Virus record (IMG/VR): IMGVR_UViG_3300037462_000114
Location: 1-38,566 of that record
Source of the DNA: a virus
Taxonomy: Duplodnaviria > Caudoviricetes
Length of the DNA: 38,566 bases
Reading direction: 5' to 3' (one strand)
The notes under the pieces: model-generated
What the model was told of the DNA's origin: nothing
Databases searched by the model: none
The model's input: only the letters and a program-made list of their open reading frames with translations
Translations under genes and position numbers: made by a program
Shown here: piece by piece, positions 9,140-17,026 of the stretch
Layout of the letters: every line of letters starts with the position of its first letter
How positions within the stretch are numbered: position 1 is the first letter of the stretch

Positions 9140-10284
9140 CAGCCATAGGAAACTCACGAAGAAACCCAATCCAACCAACTGCTGTATCATGGCGACAAAT
9201 GGACGACGAAATACACGTTATTCAAGAGTTTTCAGAGTTGCCTGGAGTGTTTGGTATTGAACTGCAAGACCTACCCAATACAAGCGCAATTGCTATTTAT
9301 GAAGTAGATACAAGCTACACCACTGGGAATTTTACAGGGCTTACTCAATTCACACAAATCACTATAGGGCTTCCAAGTCCAGGTCAGTTTCGTGTAGGTT
9401 CTGGATTTTCGTCAAAGGTCATATTCAACAGCGCAGACGATGGGAAGACTGTTGTTGTAGATTATGAAGGTGGGGGCTCTGTTGTTTCCATCGACAATAT
9501 CAATGCAATTATTGGGACTTTGACATCTACTTTTGCATCCATTACAGCTTCTAATACTTCAGGGCTAGAAGTACGAGCTTCTAACAATACCTCGGTTGCG
9601 GCGATCTTTGGAGAGGGCAATACAACCGATGTAGAGGTAGGAAATAAAATTAGAGCCTTGTCTAGTGCAGGTATATTGTTTGAATCCAATTCAGGGACAG
9701 ACGTTCTCACGCTTGGCGCAGGTGGTGGCAGTGGTGCTACGTTTGAAGGTGGAGTCAATATAAAAGGCACTGCATCGGTTGGAAGTGGTACAGAAACAAA
9801 TCCCGACTTACACAAAGACGGAGACACTAACACTGGTATTTGGTTCAACACGGCAGACAACATTTCTCTTGTCACAGGTGGCGCAACAAGGTTCAGAGTT
9901 TTAAGCACTGGTCAGCTCCAAAACGTTTATGAGTCAACTGTTGGAACTGATTACAATACTACATTGCATAATGGGTATTTATGCAGGGCATGGGTAAACT
10001 TTAACGGTACAGGAACTGTTGCTATTAGGGCAAGTGGAAATGTGTCCAGTATTACTGATAATAATACAGGAGACTATACAGTTAATTTTACAACTGCAAT
10101 GCCAGATGCTAATTATTCGCCTGTTGTGTCATCCGGTAAATCCCCATCTGGTGTTGGTTTGCCTGTAGATTGCACTCGCACTATTGAAGAATATTCTGTT
10201 TCTTCGATAAGATTATCTTCTTATCGAATCCTATTAGGTATTTTTATTGATGCAGAAACAATGACATTGGGTGTATTTAGATGA
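9136..10284 (+). CDS. Second tail fibre
   Basis: GDTNTGIWF and C-terminal RAWVNFNGTGTVAIRASGNVSSITD..TGDYTVNF domain common in phage fibres. Confidence 0.8.
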   Translation: MTAIGNSRRNPIQPTAVSWRQMDDEIHVIQEFSELPGVFGIELQDLPNTSAIAIYEVDTSYTTGNFTGLTQFTQITIGLPSPGQFRVGSGFSSKVIFNSADDGKTVVVDYEGGGSVVSIDNINAIIGTLTSTFASITASNTSGLEVRASNNTSVAAIFGEGNTTDVEVGNKIRALSSAGILFESNSGTDVLTLGAGGGSGATFEGGVNIKGTASVGSGTETNPDLHKDGDTNTGIWFNTADNISLVTGGATRFRVLSTGQLQNVYESTVGTDYNTTLHNGYLCRAWVNFNGTGTVAIRASGNVSSITDNNTGDYTVNFTTAMPDANYSPVVSSGKSPSGVGLPVDCTRTIEEYSVSSIRLSSYRILLGIFIDAETMTLGVFR

Positions 10285-10538
10285 AAATAGTATATAAGGA
10301 TAGCGAAGGCGTAAAAGTGGTCCATCCGGCGCCTGGGTATGATTACAAGATAGTAGCAGATAAAGATGTACCTGCGGGGTTAAACTTTGTGTTTATCGCT
10401 GAAGAAGATTTACCACCCAGGGAAACGAGAGCAGGTTGGGATATCACAATCACAAAATCAAATCGAGATGGCGTAGGGCTTACACAAGAGCAATTTAATG
10501 CTAAATATCCAGAGTTGGACGGGTGGGCAGTGAAATGA
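10281..10538 (+). CDS. Tail fibre assembly/chaperone protein
   Basis: KDVPAG..F..I...DLP..R..W motif usually found after fibres of this type. Confidence 0.6.
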   Translation: MKIVYKDSEGVKVVHPAPGYDYKIVADKDVPAGLNFVFIAEEDLPPRETRAGWDITITKSNRDGVGLTQEQFNAKYPELDGWAVK

Positions 10539-10717
10539 TTACAATTAACCAAGCAAAACTTAACGAATCATTAAATCTTGAAGCTAGAAAAAAGCGAGCC
10601 CAAGCATACGCACAAGAGTCAGACCCTATATTCTTTAAATGGCAAAGAGGCGAAGCAACCGAAGAAGAATATCTTGCAAAAGTAGAAGAAATCCGAAGCA
10701 GGTTTCCTTATGTATAA
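10535..10717 (+). CDS. Tail fibre assembly-like small protein
   Basis: RAQAYAQESDPIFFKWQRGE...EIRSRFPY; ATGA overlap. Confidence 0.6.
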   Translation: MITINQAKLNESLNLEARKKRAQAYAQESDPIFFKWQRGEATEEEYLAKVEEIRSRFPYV

Positions 10718-11414
10718 TAAATTTGTCCAGTGGGTATGGTTTTACATAATAAAGCGACTTACAAAGCGTAAATCGAACAAAAGCACAAAATATATATTGG
10801 ATAACTTTTCGGACCGATTTAATACCCAATTAAAAGCATTAGAGCTATTAGGGGGGATTGACCTAGTAATCTTTGGAGATTCAAACGGAGAAGAACTTGC
10901 AGACTACGAGTCAATGAAACGATTTCCTGAAATTACAGCCAATCTTTCTATTGGTGGAACACGTGCAGATCATTGGGCTGAGTTTTTTACAAAATCCAAA
11001 TACGGGCGAGAAATCTACCAAGTCATTAAAAACAAAAAAATACTTATTAATGTTGGTGGTAACAACGTATTGCAAATGCAAATGATAGCTTTAGTAAGTG
11101 CGCTTAACACTCTAAAAAGAATCTTCCCGAATTCGTATTGGATAAACATACCATCAGTTTACGCAAATCTAATTGCAAATTTACAAGGGCGAAGTGTTAA
11201 AACAGTAGTCAGCGAACTAAAAGAAGCCAACGATTATATTGGTCAAGTCGCAGGTGATAAGCTAATTGATATAAGAAATTTTACAGGACTAGATGAGGGC
11301 TCGCCATATTTTTATGTGTTAAAAGATGCAGTTCACTACTCTGACATATTTGATTATAAAATTAGAATTCCATTAATTATAGAGAAAGTATATGGCAGAG
11401 ATTTCCGTAGCTGA
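10710..11414 (+). CDS. SGNH/GDSL-family hydrolase
   Basis: Blocks FGDS, GG, GGNN and DAVH; hydrophobic/basic N-terminus. Confidence 0.8.
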   Translation: MYNKFVQWVWFYIIKRLTKRKSNKSTKYILDNFSDRFNTQLKALELLGGIDLVIFGDSNGEELADYESMKRFPEITANLSIGGTRADHWAEFFTKSKYGREIYQVIKNKKILINVGGNNVLQMQMIALVSALNTLKRIFPNSYWINIPSVYANLIANLQGRSVKTVVSELKEANDYIGQVAGDKLIDIRNFTGLDEGSPYFYVLKDAVHYSDIFDYKIRIPLIIEKVYGRDFRS

Positions 11415-11793
11415 TTGGTTCAAAATCATAGCATCGTGTTTTGCGGTTGCCTCTACGATTGGCGGTCTAGTATGGTTTGTGATATCTCAATCCATTTCTT
11501 CAAATTCAGAAACACATAAAAGATATTCTATGGAGTTATCAATTGCTGAACGAGAACGGATTATGGAAGCGATGGAAAAAAAATCTGCAAATCACATACA
11601 AATGATATTTAACATATCCGACAAACTAAACGAAATTGACCAAAGATACGCAGTACAATACTCTGCCCTTGCAAACAAATCCGAGGAAACATTCCGGAGA
11701 CTGGACGGGCTAGAAACTCACATTAAAAAAGTAGACGACAAACTAAGCGAAGTAGATAAAAAAATTGATATATTGGTATCGAGACAAAAATGA
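11392..11793 (+). CDS. Single-TM coiled-coil protein (holin/antiholin-like)
   Basis: N-terminal TM then coiled coil ending KIDILV; directly before the putative endolysin. Confidence 0.45.
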   Translation: MAEISVADWFKIIASCFAVASTIGGLVWFVISQSISSNSETHKRYSMELSIAERERIMEAMEKKSANHIQMIFNISDKLNEIDQRYAVQYSALANKSEETFRRLDGLETHIKKVDDKLSEVDKKIDILVSRQK

Positions 11794-12461
11794 AAACGAT
11801 TATTGCAAAACACAGATCAGATTGGAAATCCCAAGGGAATAACACCAAACCATATTGGATTGATAAAGGGAACGTAGTAGGAGAAGGTGGCAAGATCCTT
11901 TTCCCCATCGAGGATTTTGACAAACGAGAATCAGAACTTTATGACCGAGTGACACACTGCTTTATTTCATCGGGGTCAATGTTTTGTGGGGCTTTGTATA
12001 AGGCAGGTATACTCTCAACTCCTGTTGACGAAGTAGCATACTACCAACTTGTAAACGAAAACCTAAAAGGCAAAGAAAATCGTTTCTATTGGTCAGCACA
12101 TGAGCGTGTACTTGATATGCTAATGAGACCTGACTATGATTTGCGAGTTATGGACGCAAAAACAGCCCTCCCAATAATTAGGCAAAACATAGATTCGGGA
12201 TTCCCTTCTTTGATGTCGATTTGGATTAAACCTTGGTACCCATCAGGTCGAGGTCATATTGTCATCGTATCGGGCTATATGCTAGAAAACGACGGCACGG
12301 TATACGGGTATTTTCTTGATGACCCTTTTGGTAACGTACTCACCAAATACCGAGACAAAAACGGAGATAAGGTTTTTATATCTGCGAAAGAGATGGAAAA
12401 ATTATTAGATAGTCCAAAAGATCAACCAAGGAAAGCGGGTATACTAGCGAGGAAAAAATGA
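11790..12461 (+). CDS. C39-like cysteine peptidase, putative endolysin
   Basis: Q..N...CFISS, GHIVIVSGY and DDPFG give a papain-like Cys/His/Asp arrangement; lysis cassette context. Confidence 0.7.
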   Translation: MKTIIAKHRSDWKSQGNNTKPYWIDKGNVVGEGGKILFPIEDFDKRESELYDRVTHCFISSGSMFCGALYKAGILSTPVDEVAYYQLVNENLKGKENRFYWSAHERVLDMLMRPDYDLRVMDAKTALPIIRQNIDSGFPSLMSIWIKPWYPSGRGHIVIVSGYMLENDGTVYGYFLDDPFGNVLTKYRDKNGDKVFISAKEMEKLLDSPKDQPRKAGILARKK

Positions 12462-12710
12462 AAAAGAAAATTGTAGAGCATAACGAATGGAACAGTTTTT
12501 TATCTATGATATTCAGAACAGACAACTGGATTCGGTTTGTTGGTGCTGTAGTGGTTTACTATGGCAAGAAAATGCCAGCGTCTGCCATTACTTCTAATTG
12601 GGTGTCTGTGCAATCTGACATATTGCTTGTCATCCTTGGGGGTGACGATTATGATATTAGGCCCAGATTTAAGAAAGTGGGTTATTTCTAAAATCGGAGT
12701 AAGCCAATGA
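12458..12710 (+). pseudogene. Two-TM holin-like gene interrupted by +1 G in a G5 run (or sequencing error)
   Basis: Removing one G at 12638-12642 gives ILLVILGVTIMILGPDLRKWVISKIGVSQ*, ending at TGA 12710 in an ATGA overlap with the next ORF. Confidence 0.55.
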
Positions 12711-12829
12711 AATACCCTCCAAACTTCTGGGAACGCAACAAAGACACGCTTTACGCTAGGCTTATCTATTCGGCATTTATAATTGGAGGAGTGGCTTTGA
12801 TTATGTATCTAAGCCCAATACTACGATGA
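12707..12829 (+). CDS. 40-aa single-TM protein in lysis cassette
   Basis: MKYPPNFWERNKDTLYARLIYSAFIIGGVALIMYLSPILR; GGAG SD; ATGA overlap with next gene; not in ORF track. Confidence 0.65.
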   Translation: MKYPPNFWERNKDTLYARLIYSAFIIGGVALIMYLSPILR

Positions 12830-13212
12830 GATATTTAATACTATTACTTGCACTTGGATGTGCGAACCAACAAGTCAAAGACATTGAATCAAAATTTAAC
12901 GACCGAAAAGATGTCATTGAAGCAATCGAGAAAAAGACTGCTAGCGTAAAGAACACACCCGAAACTGTGCAACTCAAAGAGCAGGTTGGTAGGGCACTCA
13001 AGGAACTTCGGTCAATCAACCAGGATCTAAAAGCCTGTTCCATTGAGAACGTGAACTACCAGTCTAAACTCGACGAAGCGAACAAACGCCTAGAAGATGC
13101 AGAATTTGCACTTGGGTTTCTTGCCGCCTTCCGTTGGGCATTGATTGGATTAGGGCTTGTAATTCTGTTGTATGCTCTGGTTAAGTTTAAAGTTATTAAT
13201 TTACCATTTTAG
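12826..13212 (+). CDS. Unimolecular-spanin-like lipoprotein
   Basis: Lipobox LLLALG-C, coiled coil, C-terminal TM; last gene of lysis cassette. Confidence 0.6.
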   Translation: MRYLILLLALGCANQQVKDIESKFNDRKDVIEAIEKKTASVKNTPETVQLKEQVGRALKELRSINQDLKACSIENVNYQSKLDEANKRLEDAEFALGFLAAFRWALIGLGLVILLYALVKFKVINLPF

Positions 13213-13463
13213 CGATCTTCGTAAGCAAATTTCCAAACTGATTTTTTGGTAAATTCTATTCTGTAGCCTGTCCCAATTTCATCATAATAGATAAATTCAC
13301 GTTTATCACATATTTTAGTGGTAACAGGAACCAACTGCTGTATTTTGCCTACCATTTGATATTGCATTGTTGTAACAGTGTGACTTTGGGTACATTCTTT
13401 GATGATAACATCAGTCTTTTGTTTGCACCCTAAAAAAAGTAGTATTATAAATAGCTTTCTCAT
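13209..13463 (-). CDS. Small lipoprotein (possible exclusion protein)
   Basis: MRKLFIILLFLG-C lipobox; GGGGAG SD; coupled to HNH gene. Confidence 0.6.
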   Translation of the reverse strand: MRKLFIILLFLGCKQKTDVIIKECTQSHTVTTMQYQMVGKIQQLVPVTTKICDKREFIYYDEIGTGYRIEFTKKSVWKFAYEDR

Positions 13464-13738
13464 TTTCTCCCCTTTGCCTTATGGCACTCCTTACACAACA
13501 CTTTCAACCCACTAGCCTCACAAAACATCCTTTCTATTATACCATCCCATGACCCACTGCCAACTGGCTCTATGTGGTCAACCTCTGGCTTCCTAGTTGG
13601 GGTTTTGCACTGTTCACATTGCCAACCAAACCCCCTCGCAAGTTTGCATCTTTTAAGGGCTTCCTTGCGAGCATCGGAATACATCCACCATATCTTGCGA
13701 ATGGCAGAACGAATACGAGAGCGAAGTTTAGGTGTCAT
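13460..13738 (-). CDS. HNH endonuclease
   Basis: CEQC...VDHIEP...LCKECH. Confidence 0.85.
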   Translation of the reverse strand: MTPKLRSRIRSAIRKIWWMYSDARKEALKRCKLARGFGWQCEQCKTPTRKPEVDHIEPVGSGSWDGIIERMFCEASGLKVLCKECHKAKGRK

Positions 13739-13749
13739 GTATCAAATTT

Positions 13750-13777
13750 ATTCTAATTTAAAAACCCGCACAGTCAA
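13750..13777 (-). promoter_or_regulatory. Leftward sigma70-type promoter
   Basis: TTGACT (13777-13772), 16 nt, TAGAAT (13755-13750); 11 nt to HNH ATG. Confidence 0.65.
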
Positions 13778-13790
13778 CATAAAAAAATCG

Positions 13791-13818
13791 TTGACCAAAT
13801 AAAATAGTTACCTATCAT
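13791..13818 (+). promoter_or_regulatory. Rightward early promoter (leaderless)
   Basis: TTGACC, 16 nt, TATCAT; ATG13825 is 7 nt downstream with no SD. Confidence 0.65.
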
Positions 13819-13824
13819 ATCCTT

Positions 13825-14031
13825 ATGACAGAACGTAAAACAAGACACGGTACACTCACGACGCAATTGGGCGATTTGAGAACTACCCCGGATATGGCAG
13901 ATATGGCACGCAACAAAGCAAGAGAGCTAAATGTGAGCGTGATGGAATTGTGCAGAATAGCACTCGCGAAGTTCTTAGGGATTAAACCACCTAAGATCGA
14001 AAACGGAAGACCGAGGAAGGAGACAAAATGA
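13825..14031 (+). CDS. Ribbon-helix-helix DNA-binding protein
   Basis: LRTTPDM..MAR.KARELNVSVMELCRIAL.KFL fits the RHH pattern; first gene after divergent promoters. Confidence 0.65.
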   Translation: MTERKTRHGTLTTQLGDLRTTPDMADMARNKARELNVSVMELCRIALAKFLGIKPPKIENGRPRKETK

Positions 14032-14162
14032 CAACCAAAATCCAACTTTATAAATTTACAGAGAACGGTATGGTCCCATCTGCAAAAGGCGACTGGATAC
14101 GAGTGGAAGACGTTAAGCAACAGGCAAAAAAACCAAATGCAAAAAAACCAAAATCCAAGTAA
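14028..14162 (+). CDS. Hypothetical 44-aa protein
   Basis: AAGGAG SD, ATGA overlap; G.WIRVEDV motif. Confidence 0.55.
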   Translation: MTTKIQLYKFTENGMVPSAKGDWIRVEDVKQQAKKPNAKKPKSK

Positions 14163-14283
14163 TTTGTCCCAGTGCCTTGTTAGAATACAAAATGTATTCA
14201 CCAAAGCCGAAAGGACTATGGCAGACGTAGTGAGAGAAATGGAGCGCATCAACCCTCACAAGAAAATTGACGTGCGAGTTTGA
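14137..14283 (+). CDS. Hypothetical 48-aa protein
   Basis: Open frame filling the gap before the ATPase; weak SD. Confidence 0.3.
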   Translation: MQKNQNPSNLSQCLVRIQNVFTKAERTMADVVREMERINPHKKIDVRV

Positions 14284-14300
14284 AAGAAAAGGAGATTCAA

Positions 14301-15191
14301 ATGGGATTTAAAAAAGCAACGAAAGAAAAGGCTAAACTTAGATGTGCTATGTTTGGTCCAAGTGGAGCCGGTAAAACATTTACAGCTCTAAGCATGGCAA
14401 CAGGGCTAGGGTCAAGCATTGCAGTCATTGATTCAGAAAGAGGATCGGCGTCAAAGTATGCTGATCGATTCGAGTTTGATGTCATTGACCTTGAGAAAAA
14501 AACAATCGACGAATATGTCAAATGGATTGAGGAAGCGAAAGGCTATGATGTGCTAGTGATTGATTCACTTTCTCACGCATGGCAAGAACTTCTCGAAGAA
14601 ATTGACCGAATCGCAAAAGCTAAGTTTAGCGGTAACACTTGGGCGGCATGGAACGAAGGCACTCCTAAACATCGCAAGCTAGTAGATGCAATCTTGTCTT
14701 TTGATGGTCATGTGATTGCTACAATGAGATCCAAAACAGAATGGCAAATCACAGAAAACGACAAAGGGAAGAAAACTCCTCAACGTGTAGGACTTGCACC
14801 GGAACAAGGGAAAGGAATTGAATACGAATTTGACTTTCTAATGGAAATCAATCAAGATCATATTGGAACCGTTATCAAGGATCGTTCTGGTAAGTTCCAA
14901 GATTCTATGTATGACAAACCAGGTAAAAAACTTGGCGAAGAACTCAAGGCATGGTTATCCGATGGAGCAGATCCAAACGAACGACAAGCTTTAGAACAAT
15001 TTGCAAAAGTTAAAACCTGGCTATCTACAAAAAACCCATCTATTGAAGCACTTAAAGAAGCAAAAGATAAATGGGTAAAGTTTGACAAATTATTTGAGTC
15101 AACTGGCAAGCATGAGCAATACGATGAGATTATGAAAGCACTCGATGAAAGAATTTTAGAACTTACACAAAAAGAAGGCATTCAAAAATGA
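14301..15191 (+). CDS. Sak4-like AAA ATPase (recombinase)
   Basis: Walker A GPSGAGKT; IDSE.GS; VIDSLSHAW; IEYEFD; adjacent to SSB; start taken after AAGGAG. Confidence 0.85.
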   Translation: MGFKKATKEKAKLRCAMFGPSGAGKTFTALSMATGLGSSIAVIDSERGSASKYADRFEFDVIDLEKKTIDEYVKWIEEAKGYDVLVIDSLSHAWQELLEEIDRIAKAKFSGNTWAAWNEGTPKHRKLVDAILSFDGHVIATMRSKTEWQITENDKGKKTPQRVGLAPEQGKGIEYEFDFLMEINQDHIGTVIKDRSGKFQDSMYDKPGKKLGEELKAWLSDGADPNERQALEQFAKVKTWLSTKNPSIEALKEAKDKWVKFDKLFESTGKHEQYDEIMKALDERILELTQKEGIQK

Positions 15192-15574
15192 ATAAACTAA
15201 TCCTAATCGGCAATCTCACAAAAGATCCAGAACTCAAAAACGTAGGAGGCAGTGACCTAGTAAATGGGTCAATTGCCACAACCTACAAGTATAAATCAGG
15301 CAATGAAACCAAAGAAGAAGTGTGTTATGTGGATTATGTGATATGGGGTAAACGAGCCCCTATCTTTGCACAATACACAGGCAAAGGCAAAAAGGTCATG
15401 CTAGAAGGCAGGCTTCAAACAAAGTCTTGGGAATCGGCAGACGGTAAGAAAATGTATAAACTGGTTTTGAATGTGGAAAACTTTGAATTCCTGTCACCAC
15501 AGGGTCAAGGTCAAACATCACAGCCAGAACCAGAACACACACCAGACTACGGAGACGATGACATCCCTTTTTAG
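15188..15574 (+). CDS. ssb: Single-stranded DNA-binding protein
   Basis: MNKLILIGNLTKDPEL, EGRLQT.SW, acidic DDDIPF tail. Confidence 0.95.
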   Translation: MNKLILIGNLTKDPELKNVGGSDLVNGSIATTYKYKSGNETKEEVCYVDYVIWGKRAPIFAQYTGKGKKVMLEGRLQTKSWESADGKKMYKLVLNVENFEFLSPQGQGQTSQPEPEHTPDYGDDDIPF

Positions 15575-15595
15575 GGGTGTTGTAAAGGAGATAAC

Positions 15596-16087
15596 ATGAA
15601 CCTATACGACCTTAACCAAATGTACACCGAAGCCCTTGAGGGTGCTATAGACGAAAACGGAGAGATCAAGTCAGATGTGCTTGCCGATCTTTTAAGCGAG
15701 ATCAAAGAAGAACGAGAGACCAAAATTCTTAACATAGCTTGTTGGATTATTGATTTAGAACTAGATTCTGAAAAGTTTGATAAACAAATAAAGAGACTTG
15801 AAGAACGTCAAAAGACAATCACTAATAAGATTAAATCTTTGCGCAAATACTTAGAATCTTCTTTGGAGCCTGGTGAAAAGTTTAAGGATGCATGTGCAGA
15901 AATTACATGGCGTAAATCTTCATCCGTTGAAATCGTAAGCGACTTGGATACGTTTGTAGGTGCATATCCGAACTTGTGCAAAGTTAAATACGAGCCATCT
16001 AAGACGGCAATCAAAGAAGCCATTGAGTCAGGTGAGCTTGTAATTGGTGCTGAAATTGTAGAAAAGAAAAACTTGGTGATTAAATGA
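15596..16087 (+). CDS. Siphovirus Gp157-family protein
   Basis: MNLYDL...coiled coil...RKS.SVEI...K.AIKEAI..G..V.GA....NL.IK. Confidence 0.85.
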   Translation: MNLYDLNQMYTEALEGAIDENGEIKSDVLADLLSEIKEERETKILNIACWIIDLELDSEKFDKQIKRLEERQKTITNKIKSLRKYLESSLEPGEKFKDACAEITWRKSSSVEIVSDLDTFVGAYPNLCKVKYEPSKTAIKEAIESGELVIGAEIVEKKNLVIK

Positions 16088-16224
16088 ACGAGATTACATT
16101 CACTATTGGGTTTTCTATGCTATGTGTTTCTTTATGGGGTATAGTCTACGGGCTTACTCCAGACTGGAGATACAAACGGAGATTGCAAAAACTTAATCGC
16201 TATGTCAATAAGGAGATAAAATGA
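16084..16224 (+). CDS. 46-aa single-TM protein
   Basis: MNEITFTIGFSMLCVSLWGIVYGL...; overlaps both neighbours. Confidence 0.55.
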   Translation: MNEITFTIGFSMLCVSLWGIVYGLTPDWRYKRRLQKLNRYVNKEIK

Positions 16225-16403
16225 ACGAGGAGCTTATAAAACATTTAACCGAGCTAATTAAAGAGCTAACCACTACTCTTAAATTATTAAATCAGCCACA
16301 GTATGTTATATCTAGTGACCAAACTAGTTGTATGTGTACTTGCCCTAACAATAAAGCTTGCGATAACGAAAATTGCCCAAGGGTATTTAAGGAGATAAAA
16401 TGA
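16221..16403 (+). CDS. Cys-rich hypothetical protein
   Basis: AAGGAG SD; flanked by 16-bp direct repeats TAAGGAGATAAAATGA (16209-16224, 16388-16403). Confidence 0.6.
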   Translation: MNEELIKHLTELIKELTTTLKLLNQPQYVISSDQTSCMCTCPNNKACDNENCPRVFKEIK

Positions 16404-16522
16404 TTTGCGCACTAACCATAGGGTTTTTAATTCTGTTTTTGTTTTGTATGTTCCTTGCTTCGGCGCTGATTCACATTAAAGAACAAATGGACGAAATGGA
16501 GAAAAGACTACCTCCGAAATAA
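16400..16522 (+). CDS. 40-aa single-TM protein
   Basis: AAGGAG SD; hydrophobic N-terminus. Confidence 0.6.
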   Translation: MICALTIGFLILFLFCMFLASALIHIKEQMDEMEKRLPPK

Positions 16523-16554
16523 ACGGCCTCATATCGCACCAATGAGAGTATTAA

Positions 16555-16574
16555 GTAATTTTTTAAAAAATTAC
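16555..16574. repeat. Perfect 20-bp palindrome
   Basis: GTAATTTTTTAAAAAATTAC in intergenic DNA. Confidence 0.9.
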
Positions 16575-16591
16575 AACAACATTCAAATCAC

Positions 16592-16619
16592 TGGCAGAGT
16601 GGTGCCTGCCGATTTTTTT
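16592..16619 (+). terminator. Putative intrinsic terminator
   Basis: GGCAG-8 nt loop-CTGCC followed by GA and T7. Confidence 0.55.
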
Positions 16620-16687
16620 AGATTGGTGATTATTAGGGTAGGATTACTCCGCAGGTTTTTACACCTGCGTTTCACCAGGAGATTCCA

Positions 16688-16801
16688 ATGAACAGACTCG
16701 CTATGCGGAATGTAAGAATCAATTCAATTGAACCACTTTCTTGCACAGTGTCAACCAAAAAACATTTGACCCATGCAATACAAACTCAATTCTACATTTA
16801 G
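16688..16801 (+). CDS. Hypothetical 37-aa ORF
   Basis: AGGAG SD; TAG overlaps GTG16801. Confidence 0.35.
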   Translation: MNRLAMRNVRINSIEPLSCTVSTKKHLTHAIQTQFYI

Positions 16802-17010
16802 TGACCTTCAGTAAAACCGTCAAAAAAGGAGCCTTTGATATCCACTACTCAATAGTTGACTACGGACACGGCAAGGAGAAGCGAGTGTCAATCAAATGCC
16901 CCGGGTTAAAACAGGTTTTACATGACAGATCTAAACATAAGTCATTTAGGCAAATGGAAGCTGAACTTCTAGAGAGATACAAAAAAAAGTTTGACATAAT
17001 ATCTAACTAA
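16801..17010 (+). CDS. Hypothetical protein
   Basis: GTG16801 chosen as start in ORF 16741-17010. Confidence 0.5.
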   Translation: MTFSKTVKKGAFDIHYSIVDYGHGKEKRVSIKCPGLKQVLHDRSKHKSFRQMEAELLERYKKKFDIISN

Positions 17011-17019
17011 GAGTCTAAT
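16991..17019 (+). promoter_or_regulatory. Promoter for structured RNA/antirepressor operon
   Basis: TTGACA, 17 nt, TCTAAT, A-tract upstream. Confidence 0.6.
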
Positions 17020-17026
17020 AAAGCAA

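Noticed and set aside
7643-10284. Diversity-generating retroelement or invertible fibre system
   Set aside because: No reverse transcriptase or invertase, and no template/variable repeat pair or inverted fibre segments seen
12826-13463. Assigning a specific host (e.g. a spirochaete) from lipoprotein signals and low GC
   Set aside because: Suggestive only; the sequence supports a diderm host but not a taxon without database or spacer matches
15561-15580. Hairpin ACATCCCT-TTTT-AGGGGTGT at the end of ssb as a terminator
   Set aside because: No U-tract follows and the next gene starts 15 nt later; at most a pause or stability element
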